This document shows, in pieces, positions 10,636 to 21,349 of a DNA stretch of 64,000 bases. Made by a program: the position numbers and the translations under genes. Below the pieces are notes generated by a model that saw only the letters and a list, made by a program, of their open reading frames with translations, ran no database searches and was not told the origin of the DNA. The DNA comes from an uncultured Gemmatimonadales bacterium (GTDB taxonomy: Bacteria > Gemmatimonadota > Gemmatimonadetes > Gemmatimonadales > GWC2-71-9): positions 640,001 through 704,000 of the forward strand of contig CAWGED010000019.1 in the NCBI GenBank assembly GCA_963821525.1. The letters are read 5' to 3'. Position 1 is the stretch's first letter. Each line of letters starts with the position of its first letter.

Positions 10636-11732
10636 GAGTGAGCCGGTCCCGCCGCCCCTTCCAGTGCATGAGCTTTGGAGTCGATCCGTCCCAGGAGCTC
10701 ATTCCAGGAGGCCGTGAACGCCTCGATGCCTTCCTGTTGCAGCCTCTCCGCCAGCGCGCCGATGTCGACTCCAATCTCCTCGAACCGATCCAGCACCGTC
10801 TCGGCATTCTCGTTGCTCCGCGACAGGACTTGCTCGACTCGACCGTGCTGGGCGAAGGCCTTGAGTGTCGCATCGGGCATGGTGGTGATCGTCTCCGGTG
10901 CGACCAGCGCCTGGACGTACAGGACGTCCGAGGCACCGGGATCCTTGGTCCCGGTGCTGGCCCACAGCAGCCGCTGGGTCCTGGCACCGGCGGCTGCCAG
11001 CCTGAGCCAACGAGGCGAATCGAGCAGCTCGCGGTAGGCCCGGTAGGTACTCATCGCGACGGCGATGCCCAGCCGGTCGTGCAACTCCGGCGGGGCTTGT
11101 TTCGCCACCGCCTGGTCCCAGCGGCTCACGAACAACGATGCCACTGAAGGGACCCGCGGGCTCAGACCCGCTTCGACCCGCCGCTCGATACCCCTGATGT
11201 AGGCCTTCGCCGAGGCGAGATACTGCTCCCGGGAAAAGAGCAGCGTGACGTTGATCGGAATACCGGCGAAGATGGACTCCTCGATCGCAGGAACTCCTTC
11301 CGGTGTTCCGGGGATCTTGATGAAGAAGTTGGGCCGGTTGGCATGATCGTGGAGAAATGCCACTCGTTCCACGGTCTTCTTCGTATCCCGCGCCAGCAGG
11401 GGGGAAACCTCCATCGAAACCCAGCCATCTTCGCCAGCCGAAGCCTCGAAGGTCGGCTGGAAGAGATCGGCGGCATTACGGAGATCTTCGAAGGCAAGCT
11501 CGAGGAAGAGGGCCTCGCCCAGGACCCGTCTCCTCGCGTTCAGCTGGATCGCGGCGTCGTAGGCACTGGTCTCTCCGATGGCGTGATCGAAGATGGTGGG
11601 GTTCGAGGTGAGTCCGGTGACCGAGAAATCGTGGATGTAGCGCCGCAGCGTCCCGCTGGTGATCAAATCGCGGGTGATGTTGTCGAGCCAGATCCGCTGC
11701 CCAAGTTCATTCAAGAGTTGAGTCTGTTTCAT
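10632..11732 (-). CDS. tal: Transaldolase
   Basis: WLDNI, GLTSNPTIF, IKIPGT, INVTLLFS, SLFVSR, LLWASTGTK. Confidence 0.95.
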   Translation of the reverse strand: MKQTQLLNELGQRIWLDNITRDLITSGTLRRYIHDFSVTGLTSNPTIFDHAIGETSAYDAAIQLNARRRVLGEALFLELAFEDLRNAADLFQPTFEASAGEDGWVSMEVSPLLARDTKKTVERVAFLHDHANRPNFFIKIPGTPEGVPAIEESIFAGIPINVTLLFSREQYLASAKAYIRGIERRVEAGLSPRVPSVASLFVSRWDQAVAKQAPPELHDRLGIAVAMSTYRAYRELLDSPRWLRLAAAGARTQRLLWASTGTKDPGASDVLYVQALVAPETITTMPDATLKAFAQHGRVEQVLSRSNENAETVLDRFEEIGVDIGALAERLQQEGIEAFTASWNELLGRIDSKAHALEGAAGPAHS

Positions 11733-11791
11733 GTATGTCCTCCAATCCGCAGCCGCAGCGGGTGAACGCTCCGGGCCGAGGAACCCTGTGG

Positions 11792-13175
11792 TCATTCACA
11801 CCCGCAACGCGCGTCCGGATTGTGCCAGCCACCTCCGTCCATCAGGCGATTGGCCTCCTCCGGTCCCCAGCTTCCGGCGCCGTAGCGAACCGGCGGCGCC
11901 CCGGTACCCAGCACCGGGTCCACCACCCGCCACGCCGCCTCGATCATGTCCTCCCGGGCGAAGAGCATCTGGTCGCCCCGCATCGCGTCGCCCAGGAGTC
12001 GCTCGTAGGGGCGAATCTCGTCCCCATTCTCGTGACAGGCGACAAGACTCACGTCCTCTCCCACCATCGCTTCTCCCGGGCGTTTGGCCCGCGCACCCAA
12101 GCTCGAGGACGACGTGGGGACTCAGGCGGAATCGGATATGGTTGGGAGCGCCTGAGGAGACATCGATGAAAAGCAGGTGCGGGGGGTATTTGAGCTCCAC
12201 CAGGACTTCGGTCGCGGTGACCGGCAGGCACTTCCCGGTCCGGATATAGAAAGGAACGCCGGCCCAGCGCCAGCAGTCGAAGTGCAGCCGAAGCGCCGCG
12301 AACGTCTCCACTTCCGAATCGGGAGCGACGCCCTGCTCGCAGCGGTAGGTCTCGTATTGCCCCCGAACCACTTCTGAGGGATCCAGCGGCCGCATGGTCT
12401 TCACCGCCTGAGCCTTCGCGTCGCGGACCGCTTCCGGATCGCGACCGGCGGGCGGCTCCATGGCGAGCAGTGCCGCAATCTGGATCAGGTGATTCTGCAC
12501 CACGTCGCGCACCGCGCCGGCTTCTTCGTAGAAACGGCCTCGTCCCCTGATGCCGAAGTGCTCCGCCATCGTGATCTGCACCCGCTCTACGTAATTGCGG
12601 TTCCAGATCGGCTCGAGAAACGAGTTCGCGAAGCGGAAGTACATCAGGTTCAGCACCGGCTCCTTCCCCAGGTAGTGATCGATCCGGAAGATCGCGTCGT
12701 CGGGAAAAAACTCCTGCAGCGTTGCGTTGAGGCTCCTGGCACTCTCCAGGTCCCGGCCGAAGGGCTTCTCGACGATCAACCGGCCACCTTGAGCGTCACC
12801 CGACTTGGCGAGTCCCTCCGCGACGGTGCGAAACAGGCTGGGCGGGATCGCGAGGTAGAAGAGCGGGTGCTTCGCACTGCCCAGTGCCCCCCGCAGCCGG
12901 TCGTACGTCCCCGGGTCCTGATACTCTCCTTCGACGTAGCGAAGCAGCTCGGCAAGTTTGGCGAAGGCCCCCTCGTCCACCTTGCCGTGATGCTCCAGAC
13001 TCTCCCGCGCCCGGGCCTTCAGCCGATCGGCGGTCCAGCCGGAGCGCGCCACGCCCAGGATCGGCACGTCCAGGTGGTCCCTTCGGACCATGTCATATAG
13101 TGCGGGAAAGATCTGCTGGTAGGCGAGGTCTCCGGTCACACCGAAGAGAACCAGGGCGTCCGAGCGAGGCATCAT
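11792..13175 (-). CDS. zwf: Glucose-6-phosphate 1-dehydrogenase (frameshift near 12095)
   Basis: [31 protein letters not shown]-terminal PYERLL...GSWGP lies in ORF 11792-12100. Confidence 0.95.
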
Positions 13176-14197
13176 GGCTGATGGCCCGGCCCTTTCTCGA
13201 CGTGGCCTCCGAATTGGAACCGCATCGCCGACAGCAATTGATCGGCGAACTCCGCCCCCTCGCGTGAGCTGAAACGCTGGAACAGCGCCGCGCTCAAGAC
13301 GTGAGCCGGGACCCCTTCATCAACCGCGGCAGCCAGCGTCCAGCGACCCTCACCCGAATCGGAGACTCGACCGCTGAAGCCGGCAAGCTCGGAATCTCGG
13401 TACAGCGCCTGTGCGGTGAGATCGAGCAGCCATGACGCAATCACACTCCCCCGCCGCCACACCTCGGCGATCTCCGCCAGGTTGAACTCGTAGCGGTACA
13501 GCTCGGGTTGCTTGAGCGGTGTCGTCTCCGCGTCGGCGCTCCGCTCCTGCATTCCGAGGTCGGCATGACGGAGCACATTGAAGCCCTCCGCGTAGGATGC
13601 CATCAGGCCGTATTCGATCCCGTTATGCACCATCTTAACGAAGTGTCCCGCTCCAGCGGGCCCGCAGTGCAGATAGCCCAGCTCGGCCCGATGCGGAGCA
13701 CCATGGCGCTCTGGTGACCGTGAGGCCGCGTCGAGGCCGGGAGCCAGCGCCGCGAAGATGGGATCCAGTAATTCGACAGTCTGGTCTTCCCCTCCGATCA
13801 TCAGGCAGTAGCCCCGTTCGAGCCCGCGTATCCCGCCGCTGGTGCCCACATCCAGGTAGTGCACACCTCGCGGGCGGAGTTCCGCGGCACGCCGGATGTC
13901 TTCGGGGTAATGGGTGTTCCCTCCGTCGATGATGAGGTCGCCCGAGGAGAGCAGTGGAGCGAGATGGGTGATCTGGTCATCCACCAGGGCGGCGGGAAGC
14001 ATCAACCAGACCGGGCGGGGCGGCTTGAGCTGATTCACGAGAGACGCCAGGGAATCGGCCTCAACGGCGCCTTCCTTTGCCAGGCCGGAGCGGGCTTCCG
14101 GCTTCACATCGTACACGACGCAGTGGTGTCCAGCCCGGAGCAGGCGCCGCACCATGTTGGCACCCATCCGTCCCAAACCGATCATGCCCAGCTCCAT
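13172..14197 (-). CDS. gnd: 6-phosphogluconate dehydrogenase, short type
   Basis: [42 protein letters not shown]. Confidence 0.95.
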   Translation of the reverse strand: MELGMIGLGRMGANMVRRLLRAGHHCVVYDVKPEARSGLAKEGAVEADSLASLVNQLKPPRPVWLMLPAALVDDQITHLAPLLSSGDLIIDGGNTHYPEDIRRAAELRPRGVHYLDVGTSGGIRGLERGYCLMIGGEDQTVELLDPIFAALAPGLDAASRSPERHGAPHRAELGYLHCGPAGAGHFVKMVHNGIEYGLMASYAEGFNVLRHADLGMQERSADAETTPLKQPELYRYEFNLAEIAEVWRRGSVIASWLLDLTAQALYRDSELAGFSGRVSDSGEGRWTLAAAVDEGVPAHVLSAALFQRFSSREGAEFADQLLSAMRFQFGGHVEKGPGHQP

Positions 14198-14206
14198 TGG
14201 CAGCTC

Positions 14207-15220
14207 CTAGGTTGCGAACAGCGCCGGCGGGCCAGAGGTGTTCGAGCCGAAGTCGTAAAGCACGGCGCCAAGTATTGCGCTGCGGGTGAGGACGACATGA
14301 ACCGGCAGGTTCGTCAGCAGCCCGGCCAGCCGCCCCTTCTTGATGAAGCTCTGGAGGAAACGCCCCTCACCCAAGACCGGCAGAAGTCGTGGTGGAATTC
14401 CACCCGCGAGATAGACGCCGCCAGTCGCAAGAACTCGCAGCGCGAGATTTCCTGCCTCGGCCGCGAGAATCGAGACGAACATTTCAAGTGCTGCCGCGCT
14501 GAGCGGATCGGGGGTTGGCCTTTGAAGTCCGGCTTGAGTGATCATGGCTGCGGGGTCTGCCGCGTTTACGATGAGAGCCGCCGTCTCTCGGCTCGATGTG
14601 AAGTGTCCGGCACGGCGGAGGTAGTCGTAGATCCGGATGATCCCCGGCCCGGAGCAGACGCGTTCTACGCTGACGTGGTCGAACTCCTGTCGGAGATCCT
14701 GCAGCAGGCCGATTTCGAGCGGGGTAGTTGGAGCAAAATCTCCGTGGCCGCCCTCGGAAGGATGGGGCACATAGCGAAAGGAGTCCCAGGTAAGGAAAGC
14801 CTCGCCCAGCCCGGTTCCCGGCGCGATGACCGCAATGGCGCCCCCATCGGCTGGAGTGCCTTGATTGAGGATGTGGAGGTCGCCCGGGGTAAGCGTCGGA
14901 ATAGCGCGGGCGATCGCTTCGAGGTCATTGATGAGGCGCACCGACTCCAGGCCCAGCTCTTCGGCCAGGCCTCTCTCGTCGAGCACCCACGGCAGGTTGG
15001 TGATTTTGGTCCGGCCGTCGAGCACCGGCCCCGCGACCGCGAAGCAGGCGCGATCAATCGGAAGCTCGTTCGTGGCGAGAAACCGGCGAACGAGTGCGGC
15101 GAGACTCTCGCCATCGCCGCTCGCATAGGAAGCGTGCGCCAGCGGGGCGCGCGGGCCCGACTCCTGACTGAAAATGCCCAGCGCCGTCTTAGTGCCGCCT
15201 ACATCTCCTGCCAAAAGCAT
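14207..15220 (-). CDS. glk: Glucokinase
   Basis: LAGDVGGTKT, AVAGPV, LINDLEA, APGTGLGE, SEGGH, GGVYLAGGI. Confidence 0.95.
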   Translation of the reverse strand: MLLAGDVGGTKTALGIFSQESGPRAPLAHASYASGDGESLAALVRRFLATNELPIDRACFAVAGPVLDGRTKITNLPWVLDERGLAEELGLESVRLINDLEAIARAIPTLTPGDLHILNQGTPADGGAIAVIAPGTGLGEAFLTWDSFRYVPHPSEGGHGDFAPTTPLEIGLLQDLRQEFDHVSVERVCSGPGIIRIYDYLRRAGHFTSSRETAALIVNAADPAAMITQAGLQRPTPDPLSAAALEMFVSILAAEAGNLALRVLATGGVYLAGGIPPRLLPVLGEGRFLQSFIKKGRLAGLLTNLPVHVVLTRSAILGAVLYDFGSNTSGPPALFAT

Positions 15221-15311
15221 TGCGACATCCCACCCCTTCAAACGCGACTACAACGACCGCATCCTTTCGCATGGTAGTCGTGTGCGAGGCGTTTTGGAAT
15301 GGCGGGCGTTT

Positions 15312-15457
15312 CGGTGAACGGCGAACGGGGAGTGTCATCCGAGCGAGCGTAGCGAGAGAGGAATCCCAATGCGTGGTCTCACGGCCAGGCACGAGATTCC
15401 TCGCTTTGCTCGGAATGACAACTGTCTTCCTTCCCGTTCACCGTTCACCGCTCCCGC
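15312..15457. repeat. Composite element: GGTGAAC / GTTCACC heptamer arms enclosing a REP-like palindrome (15333-15420)
   Basis: TGTCATCCGAGC...GAGGAATC / GATTCCTC...GCTCGGAATGACA flanked by complementary heptamers. Confidence 0.85.
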
Positions 15458-15460
15458 TTT

Positions 15461-18047
15461 CTAAAACCGAAACCCCGTCCCCACCGAGAAAATCGTCCCC
15501 TCCTCGCTGTGCGCCACGTCCAACCGCGCCACGACTTCGTCGAGCCCCGGCAGCCAGCCTAAGGACGGCGACGCCCAGAGTCCCCCGCCGAAGTCGGCGT
15601 GAAGTTTGGATGACGATTCTCCCTGATTCCACACTCTGCCCCCGTCGCCGAAGGCGAGGACACCAAGATCGGCGGAGATGAAGTTGACGTTGAAGCGGAA
15701 CATTCTCACCCGGGTCTCGATACTGCCGTAGGCCGAGCCACGGTCGCCGGAGAAGCGGTCGGTGCGAAAGCCGCGGAGGGTAAGTGGACCACCGACGCGC
15801 GCGGCCTGGCGGAAGGGCGGCGCTCCGGTGAGCAGGACTCCACCCAATCGTGTCGCCAGCACGAGGCGGCGCGATTGGCCGATTCCCCAGAGCGCCCGTC
15901 CTTGCGCGGAGATGCGACCGAATCCTCCCTGGTCCAGATCCATCCAGCCCGGAGCGCCGATCACCTCGAGGATTGCCTGGTAGCGCACCGGCTCTCGGAC
16001 CGACTGGAGCGTGGAGTATTCCAGGCTTCCGCCTACGCCGGCGAAGCTGAAATTCCCGGAGCCGTAGGGATGCTGTTGCGCGATGAGCGTGGTGCTGCCG
16101 GTGGTGTCGGTGCTGCCGAACGAGATGAAGGGGCCCGCCTTGAAGGCCAGCTCCCGCCGGGAGGAAATCGAGATGCCGGCACCCAAGGCGACCTCGCGGA
16201 CCTGGACCTCGTAGAAATCCTGATCTCTGGTTTGTTGAGTCTCGTTGCCGTAACCGAAGAAGCGCACCACGTCGATCCCCGTAGCCTTGCCCGTTAGTAA
16301 GAGGTGGAGATTCCTCAACACGTCCCGACGCTCGAACTCCAGAAGCACCCTCGCACCCGCCGGCTTGGTCGCGAAGGTGAACGCACCTCGGAGCTGCTGG
16401 CGATAATTCTTCTCCTCGAAACCTTGCCAGTCGCGATGGGCGCGGATCCCCGCCACGACCCCCAGGTCTGCACTGTATCCCAGCTGTACCCCGGACTTGG
16501 TCGCAGCGCCCCAGTCCATCGGCTCCGGCGGATAGCCATCGCGCTCCCATCGGATCCGACGGCCTGTGGCCCGTGGCACCACCCGCACTCCACCCGGCGG
16601 ATCCACCCGGGTGCTATCGGACTCGGCGTAAAGCACCACCCGTTTGGTGGAAGGCCCTTCCCGCTCGAGGGCCACATTCCCCGAGCGGGAGGTGATGCGC
16701 ACTCCCGTTCCCCCGTGTTCAACTCCAATGAGCTGGACAGAATCCTGGCCGCCTTCGAGGTGGAGTCTTATCTCCTCCGTCTCTTCGCGGGAGAATTGGC
16801 GATGAAAAGTCTCGACTCCGCCGGCCACGGCGAGGATCTCCACGGCTCCCTTGTCGGACCGCCGGACGGTCACCTTTTCGTCGGCATCAGATAGGACCAA
16901 GTCCGGGTAGTGATTGATGATGTAGTAGAACTGCTTGACGATTTTGGGCAGCAGGTCGCGACGAGACGCGATCCCGGTGAGGAGGAGCGACTGGGAAGCC
17001 ACGCGTTGCGACTCGGGGAGCAGCGCGATGGCCTCCTCGATCCGATCGTTGGTCAGCGATTGAGCCAGCGCGGATGACACGCTGTCCCATGCGGGCCGAT
17101 CGAGCCAAACCAAAAGCTGGCGGTCGAGGTCATATCCTCGATCGACCAGCGGCCCCACCTTCGGCATCTTCGGACCAAAGACCTGGTGGCCTGGTTCGTA
17201 CTGGTTGAGGACCGCCGCGTTCCAACCCTGAGCGCGAAGGAACGCTTCTTCCTGACGAATCGCGATCGGCACCCAGCGCCCCACACTGCCGCTATCCGCC
17301 GCCAGGCCCCAAAGCCAATGCTCGGGACTTCGGTCGCGATCGCCGACCAGTACGTCGAGGAGACGGGAGGCGAGATACCGCTCCGTCGCGACTCGGGTCG
17401 TGGGATCGAGCCGAAGTTGCTCGAGCAATGCGGCCGTGGTGATCACCCGTGAAAACCTGCCGTAGGGCTCCCCGTCGAGCTCGGGAGCCCCCTCGACCCA
17501 GACCGGCCGGCCTCGCAGCGAATCGAGGAGATGGAACGAGTCGGTCGCAGCGCGGAGAACCACCAGCATCGGCTGAATCGCGTCCAGGCCGACACGCTGA
17601 TACAACCCAGCTGCCACGAGCGGAGCCGTGGGGTGTACGTTGGCGACGAGATCCCGAAGGAGATTGTTGAACTCGGTATCGCGCAGGTTCCTGGGCAGCA
17701 GCGCGGTGACGGGATCTCGATCTACCGGAAGGATTCGAAGTGCCCTGCCGTCTGCTCCTCGCGCGATGACGACGTTGCCGAGGGGTCCGTTATCCGGCGC
17801 GAACGTGACCTGTCCCCCACCGAGCTGATCGGCGTTGGCCACCGTCAGGCACACGGTATCCGCCCAGAGCGCACGCCATCCCGCCCCGCGCGCGAGACCC
17901 GGGCCCTTGGGCTCCGCCAATCGCGGGCTGAGAACGACCGCGGCGGAGTCGGGAGGCTCTCCCGACGGGCGTTGAGTACCGCTCGCGGCAACGCAACCGC
18001 CGACAACCAGGAGCCAGAGCAACGCGGGATTCCGGGAAGGTGTTCAT
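15461..18047 (-). CDS. Outer-membrane protein with C-terminal Omp85/BamA-TamA-like barrel
   Basis: LRGF.TDRFSG motif, terminal Phe (GTGFRF), signal peptide; ATG 18047 is one base out of frame with the ORF starting at 18022. Confidence 0.8.
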
Positions 18048-18073
18048 TAGTGAGAGCAGAATAACAAAAGCGC

Positions 18074-18203
18074 GAAGGGGGAAAAGGGAACAGGGGAAAA
18101 GGAACGGTGGACCTCGCTTCGCTCGAGATGAGGTGGTCCCTCACCTTTCCCTTCTTCGATTCCCCTGTTCCCGGTTCCCTGTTCCCTTTTCCCGCTTTTC
18201 CCT
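18074..18203. repeat. Inverted heptamer arrays GGGAA(A/C)A / T(G/T)TTCCC enclosing a half REP-like unit
   Basis: Purine arm 18074-18104, pyrimidine arm 18160-18203, inner CCTCGCTTCGCTCGAGATGAGGTG. Confidence 0.8.
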
Positions 18204-18221
18204 CACTATACTTGTCCCCAC

Positions 18222-18303
18222 GCGAACGTGGCGGAACTGGCAGACGCGCAGGACTTAGGATCCTGTGGGGTAACCCTTCCGGGTTCGACTCCCGGCGTTC
18301 GCA
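18222..18303 (+). tRNA. tRNA-Leu, anticodon TAG
   Basis: Acceptor stem GCGAACG/CGTTCGC, anticodon arm CAGGA-CTTAGGA-TCCTG, long variable arm, GGTTCGACTCC T-loop; no encoded CCA. Confidence 0.97.
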
Positions 18304-18316
18304 CTCAACGACTTAG

Positions 18317-18341
18317 GGCCTCCCAACTCGGGAGGCCTTTT
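18317..18341 (+). terminator. Intrinsic terminator after tRNA-Leu
   Basis: GGCCTCCC-aactc-GGGAGGCC followed by TTTT. Confidence 0.8.
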
Positions 18342-18359
18342 CGTGGATACGGCTGTTGC

Positions 18360-18750
18360 ATGTCACTGTCGCCGTGGGAAAGGCCGTTGCTCAGGCCCGA
18401 CTCCTTAGCCGAGGAACCTGCTGGCCCGCCCGCGCGGGCCGAGGTGTCGTTCGTCCCGTCGAGCGTGGCGCTGAACAGCGCCACTAGCAAGATCGAGATC
18501 CGAGGAGAGCTAGCCCGTGGGCAGGGCGGAGACCACCGGAGAGCGTCTGGTTGTGGGTTTACTTCATGAATCCGACCGAGACGTACAACGGGCAGCCCAT
18601 GGGCGGGGGCCGGTCCGACGAGCCCATTGAACTGGTTCATCCATTCGGCGCAGGGGACACGGCGCGAATTATGGCGCGCGGTCCATTCCATTGGGCGACC
18701 AACTCGGACGCCCCGCAGACCGACTCTTACGCCCGCTCTCGGTCGGCGCG
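18360..18750 (+). pseudogene. Possible gene fragment running into the convergent subtilase
   Basis: Protein-like segments in ORFs 18228-18569 and 18551-19039 (WVYFMNP...GPFHWATN) with no separate stop before the S8 gene. Confidence 0.3.
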
Positions 18751-18756
18751 CTCGGC

Positions 18757-20211
18757 TTACGGCGTAGCCGCGACCGCCGCGGCCGCGTTGAGCAGGCCCG
18801 CGCCCGTCGCGTCGGCGCCCCAGCAGATCTCTTCCGGCGGCGGAGAGAGCGGCACCAGAATGACCTGCCGGCACCCCGCGCCCAGAGGCACCGCCGAGCC
18901 CTCGATGATCGACTCGGCCTGTGCCTCGGTCAGGGTGGGGTTCTTCTGCAGCATCAGCGCGATGGTGCCGGTCACGTGCGGCGCCGCCTCCGAAGTGCCG
19001 CCGAGGAAGAAGAAGTCGGTCTGGCCGCGCTGGAGCTGATACGGCCCAACGACCCACGAGCCCGGGGCGGCGATGTCGAGATCCTGCCCGTTGAGCTGCC
19101 GGCCGGAGAAGGCGGTGATGTAGAAGTCGCTCACGCTGGTCGGGTCGCCCACGTCCTGAGTGAACCACCAGTTGATATCCGGCACCCACTCGTGGGTCCA
19201 GCCACTCGCGGCTGCGGAGATGACCTGCGGCAGTGCGCCGGGGTAGCCCATGCCATTCTCACCCCCGTTGCCGGCGGAGAAGACCAGCAGCACTCCCTGT
19301 TGGAGCGCGAAGTTGACGGCGGCCTCGACCAGGGGGTCGTTCCCCCCACTGCCCCAGCTGTTGTTCACCACCAGCGGCTGCCCCGCGAGCGGCCCCTGCT
19401 TGAGCTCCGCGAAGTAGAGCAGGCCCGCGGCCGCGACCGAGCTGGGGAAGCCGCAAGGGCTGGGATTCTGCGACGTCGGGCTCCCCTGGGTGCTGAGCTT
19501 TACCGGGATGACCGTCGCCTGTGGCGCGGTGCCCTGGAACCGCACGGTACCGACGACCTGATACCCCAGCACCGTGCTGGTCACGTGCGTGCCGTGGGCA
19601 CAGACGTCGTGCTGCCAAGCGTCGCCGGCCCGCTGGGTGACGTTGCCCGCGTCAACCGCGCCGCCGCCGGTGAAGGTGGTGGCGTACTGGGTGGCGATGC
19701 GGTCGGTGGGGAAGTATTGCGGCCAGGTGTAGAGCAACCCGGTGTCCAGGATGCCGACCCAGACGCCGGCGCCCGTCTGCACGACACCCCGCGTCGCGCT
19801 CAGCGGCGAGACGGTCGCGTTGATCGCGTCCTGATCCCAAGTGCTGAAGCCACCGGTAAAATCCGAGACGGGCACGAGAGGGGTGTTGGGCGGGAAATCG
19901 ATCTCGGCGTCGAGTGCCGCGCCCTTGACGAAGGGCAGGGCCTTCACCGCAGCGAGCTGGCCGGCCATGGCCGCCAAAGTGAGGCCGTAGATCTGCGGGA
20001 ACTGCTTCTTCACCCGGCCGATCGCGTTGAGCTGCGCGAGCTGGGCGCTCGTTGCCTTGCCCTTGAGGACGACGTTGATGCCGACTTGGCCAGAGGATGC
20101 GGCGGATGCTAACGACTGCGAGGAAGGAGTGGCGGGTTGGGTGGTCTCATCGCTACAGGCAGCAAGCAATACGAGGCAGCCTGCTGCGAGTGTAAGGAAG
20201 CGGGAGTTCAT
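18757..20211 (-). CDS. S8 subtilisin-family serine protease, lipoprotein
   Basis: Lipobox LAAC; catalytic LDTG, HGTHV, GTSEAAPHV; SAGN oxyanion motif. Confidence 0.92.
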   Translation of the reverse strand: MNSRFLTLAAGCLVLLAACSDETTQPATPSSQSLASAASSGQVGINVVLKGKATSAQLAQLNAIGRVKKQFPQIYGLTLAAMAGQLAAVKALPFVKGAALDAEIDFPPNTPLVPVSDFTGGFSTWDQDAINATVSPLSATRGVVQTGAGVWVGILDTGLLYTWPQYFPTDRIATQYATTFTGGGAVDAGNVTQRAGDAWQHDVCAHGTHVTSTVLGYQVVGTVRFQGTAPQATVIPVKLSTQGSPTSQNPSPCGFPSSVAAAGLLYFAELKQGPLAGQPLVVNNSWGSGGNDPLVEAAVNFALQQGVLLVFSAGNGGENGMGYPGALPQVISAAASGWTHEWVPDINWWFTQDVGDPTSVSDFYITAFSGRQLNGQDLDIAAPGSWVVGPYQLQRGQTDFFFLGGTSEAAPHVTGTIALMLQKNPTLTEAQAESIIEGSAVPLGAGCRQVILVPLSPPPEEICWGADATGAGLLNAAAAVAATP

Positions 20212-20378
20212 CAAGGCCTCCAGGGGGAAAGCCTCAACGCCGGGAGCCACAGCGAGCAACCGTCGCGTGCGCGTCCGGCGGGGCTGTTTCATGCTACGGC
20301 GAGCGGGAGGACCACGCAAGTCAGTTGGTTACGACAGCGGAGCGCGAGCCGCAGAAGAGTGCAACAAGTTGCAACAGC

Positions 20379-20420
20379 CCTGTGGGGAAACCTTTCCGGG
20401 TTCGACTTCCGGCGTTCGCA
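20379..20420 (+). repeat. Duplicated tRNA-Leu 3' half (attR-like)
   Basis: CCTGTGGGGAAACCTTTCCGGGTTCGACTTCCGGCGTTCGCA matches the tRNA at 39 of 42 positions. Confidence 0.9.
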
Positions 20421-20475
20421 TTTTGGCCCCCACTCGAGCATGTTGGGTCCATCGACTCGCACCAAGAGGTCCGGC

Positions 20476-21330
20476 ATGTTCAAGTCCGGTAGCCTGTGGC
20501 CTGCAATCCTCGCGACTACCCTCGCGGCCCAGGGCTGCAACCGGGTCACCAAGAACGTCTCCTACGATCCCGCCGGCACCGACTCGCTTACAGCACTCGA
20601 CATTTACCCGCCGAGGTTTGGCGGGCATCATCCGGTCGTCATCTTCATTCACGGCGGAAGCTACGTCGAGGGCGACAAGAACACCGAGGTGGGCGCCAAG
20701 CCCAAAGCGTTCGCCGGCGAGGGATACGTCTTCGTCGCCCCCAACTACCGCCTGTCTCCCGCGGTCAAGCACCCGGTCCACATCCAGGACGTCGCCAAGG
20801 CCATCGCCTGGGTGCACCATAACATCGGCCGCTACGGCGGTGACTCCACCCGGCTCTTCGTCTTGGGCCATTCCTCCGGCGCCAGCATGGCAGCACTCAT
20901 CGCCACCAATGAGCGTTACCTGAAGGCCGAAGGCCTGGATCTCTCGTCTTTGAGCGGGGCGATCCTGCTGGATGGCAGCGCCTATGATATCCCGCGCCGA
21001 TTCTCCGAGGATTCGGCCGACGCTCATCGCCTGCTCGCCATCTTCGGCGACGATCCCGCGGTGTGGGAGGAGGCCTCCGCGCAGTATCACTGTCAAAAGA
21101 ACAAGGGCATTCCGCCCTTCCTGATGTTCTTTCTCACCGCGCGCGCCGGAGGCACCCAGCAGTCTCAGGCCCTGGCGGGTGCCCTGGCCACAGCCGGGGT
21201 AAAAGTCGAGATCAAACCGATTCAGACCGTGGGGCACTACAAACTGAATCTGGAGCTGGGGCTGGAAACGGATCCCGCCACTGCGGACGTCTTCTCGTTC
21301 CTGGAGACCTACAGCGCTCGGGGACCCTGA
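20476..21330 (+). CDS. Alpha/beta hydrolase (HSL/BD-FAE-like esterase), secreted
   Basis: IHGG, NYRLSP, DVAKAIAWV, GHSSG. Confidence 0.9.
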   Translation: MFKSGSLWPAILATTLAAQGCNRVTKNVSYDPAGTDSLTALDIYPPRFGGHHPVVIFIHGGSYVEGDKNTEVGAKPKAFAGEGYVFVAPNYRLSPAVKHPVHIQDVAKAIAWVHHNIGRYGGDSTRLFVLGHSSGASMAALIATNERYLKAEGLDLSSLSGAILLDGSAYDIPRRFSEDSADAHRLLAIFGDDPAVWEEASAQYHCQKNKGIPPFLMFFLTARAGGTQQSQALAGALATAGVKVEIKPIQTVGHYKLNLELGLETDPATADVFSFLETYSARGP

Positions 21331-21349
21331 GCGTAATTGCGGGAGCTAT

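Larger units (their letters stand above)
18262..20420. mobile_element. Integrase-less genomic islet at tRNA-Leu (att-like direct repeats)
   Basis: tRNA 3' 42 bp (18262-18303) repeated at 20379-20420 with 3 mismatches. Confidence 0.7.

Noticed and set aside
15242..15282. Hairpin upstream of glk as a riboswitch
   Set aside because: A single imperfect stem with no recognisable aptamer consensus
20379..20420. Second tRNA gene
   Set aside because: Only the 3' half is present; no D-arm or anticodon loop
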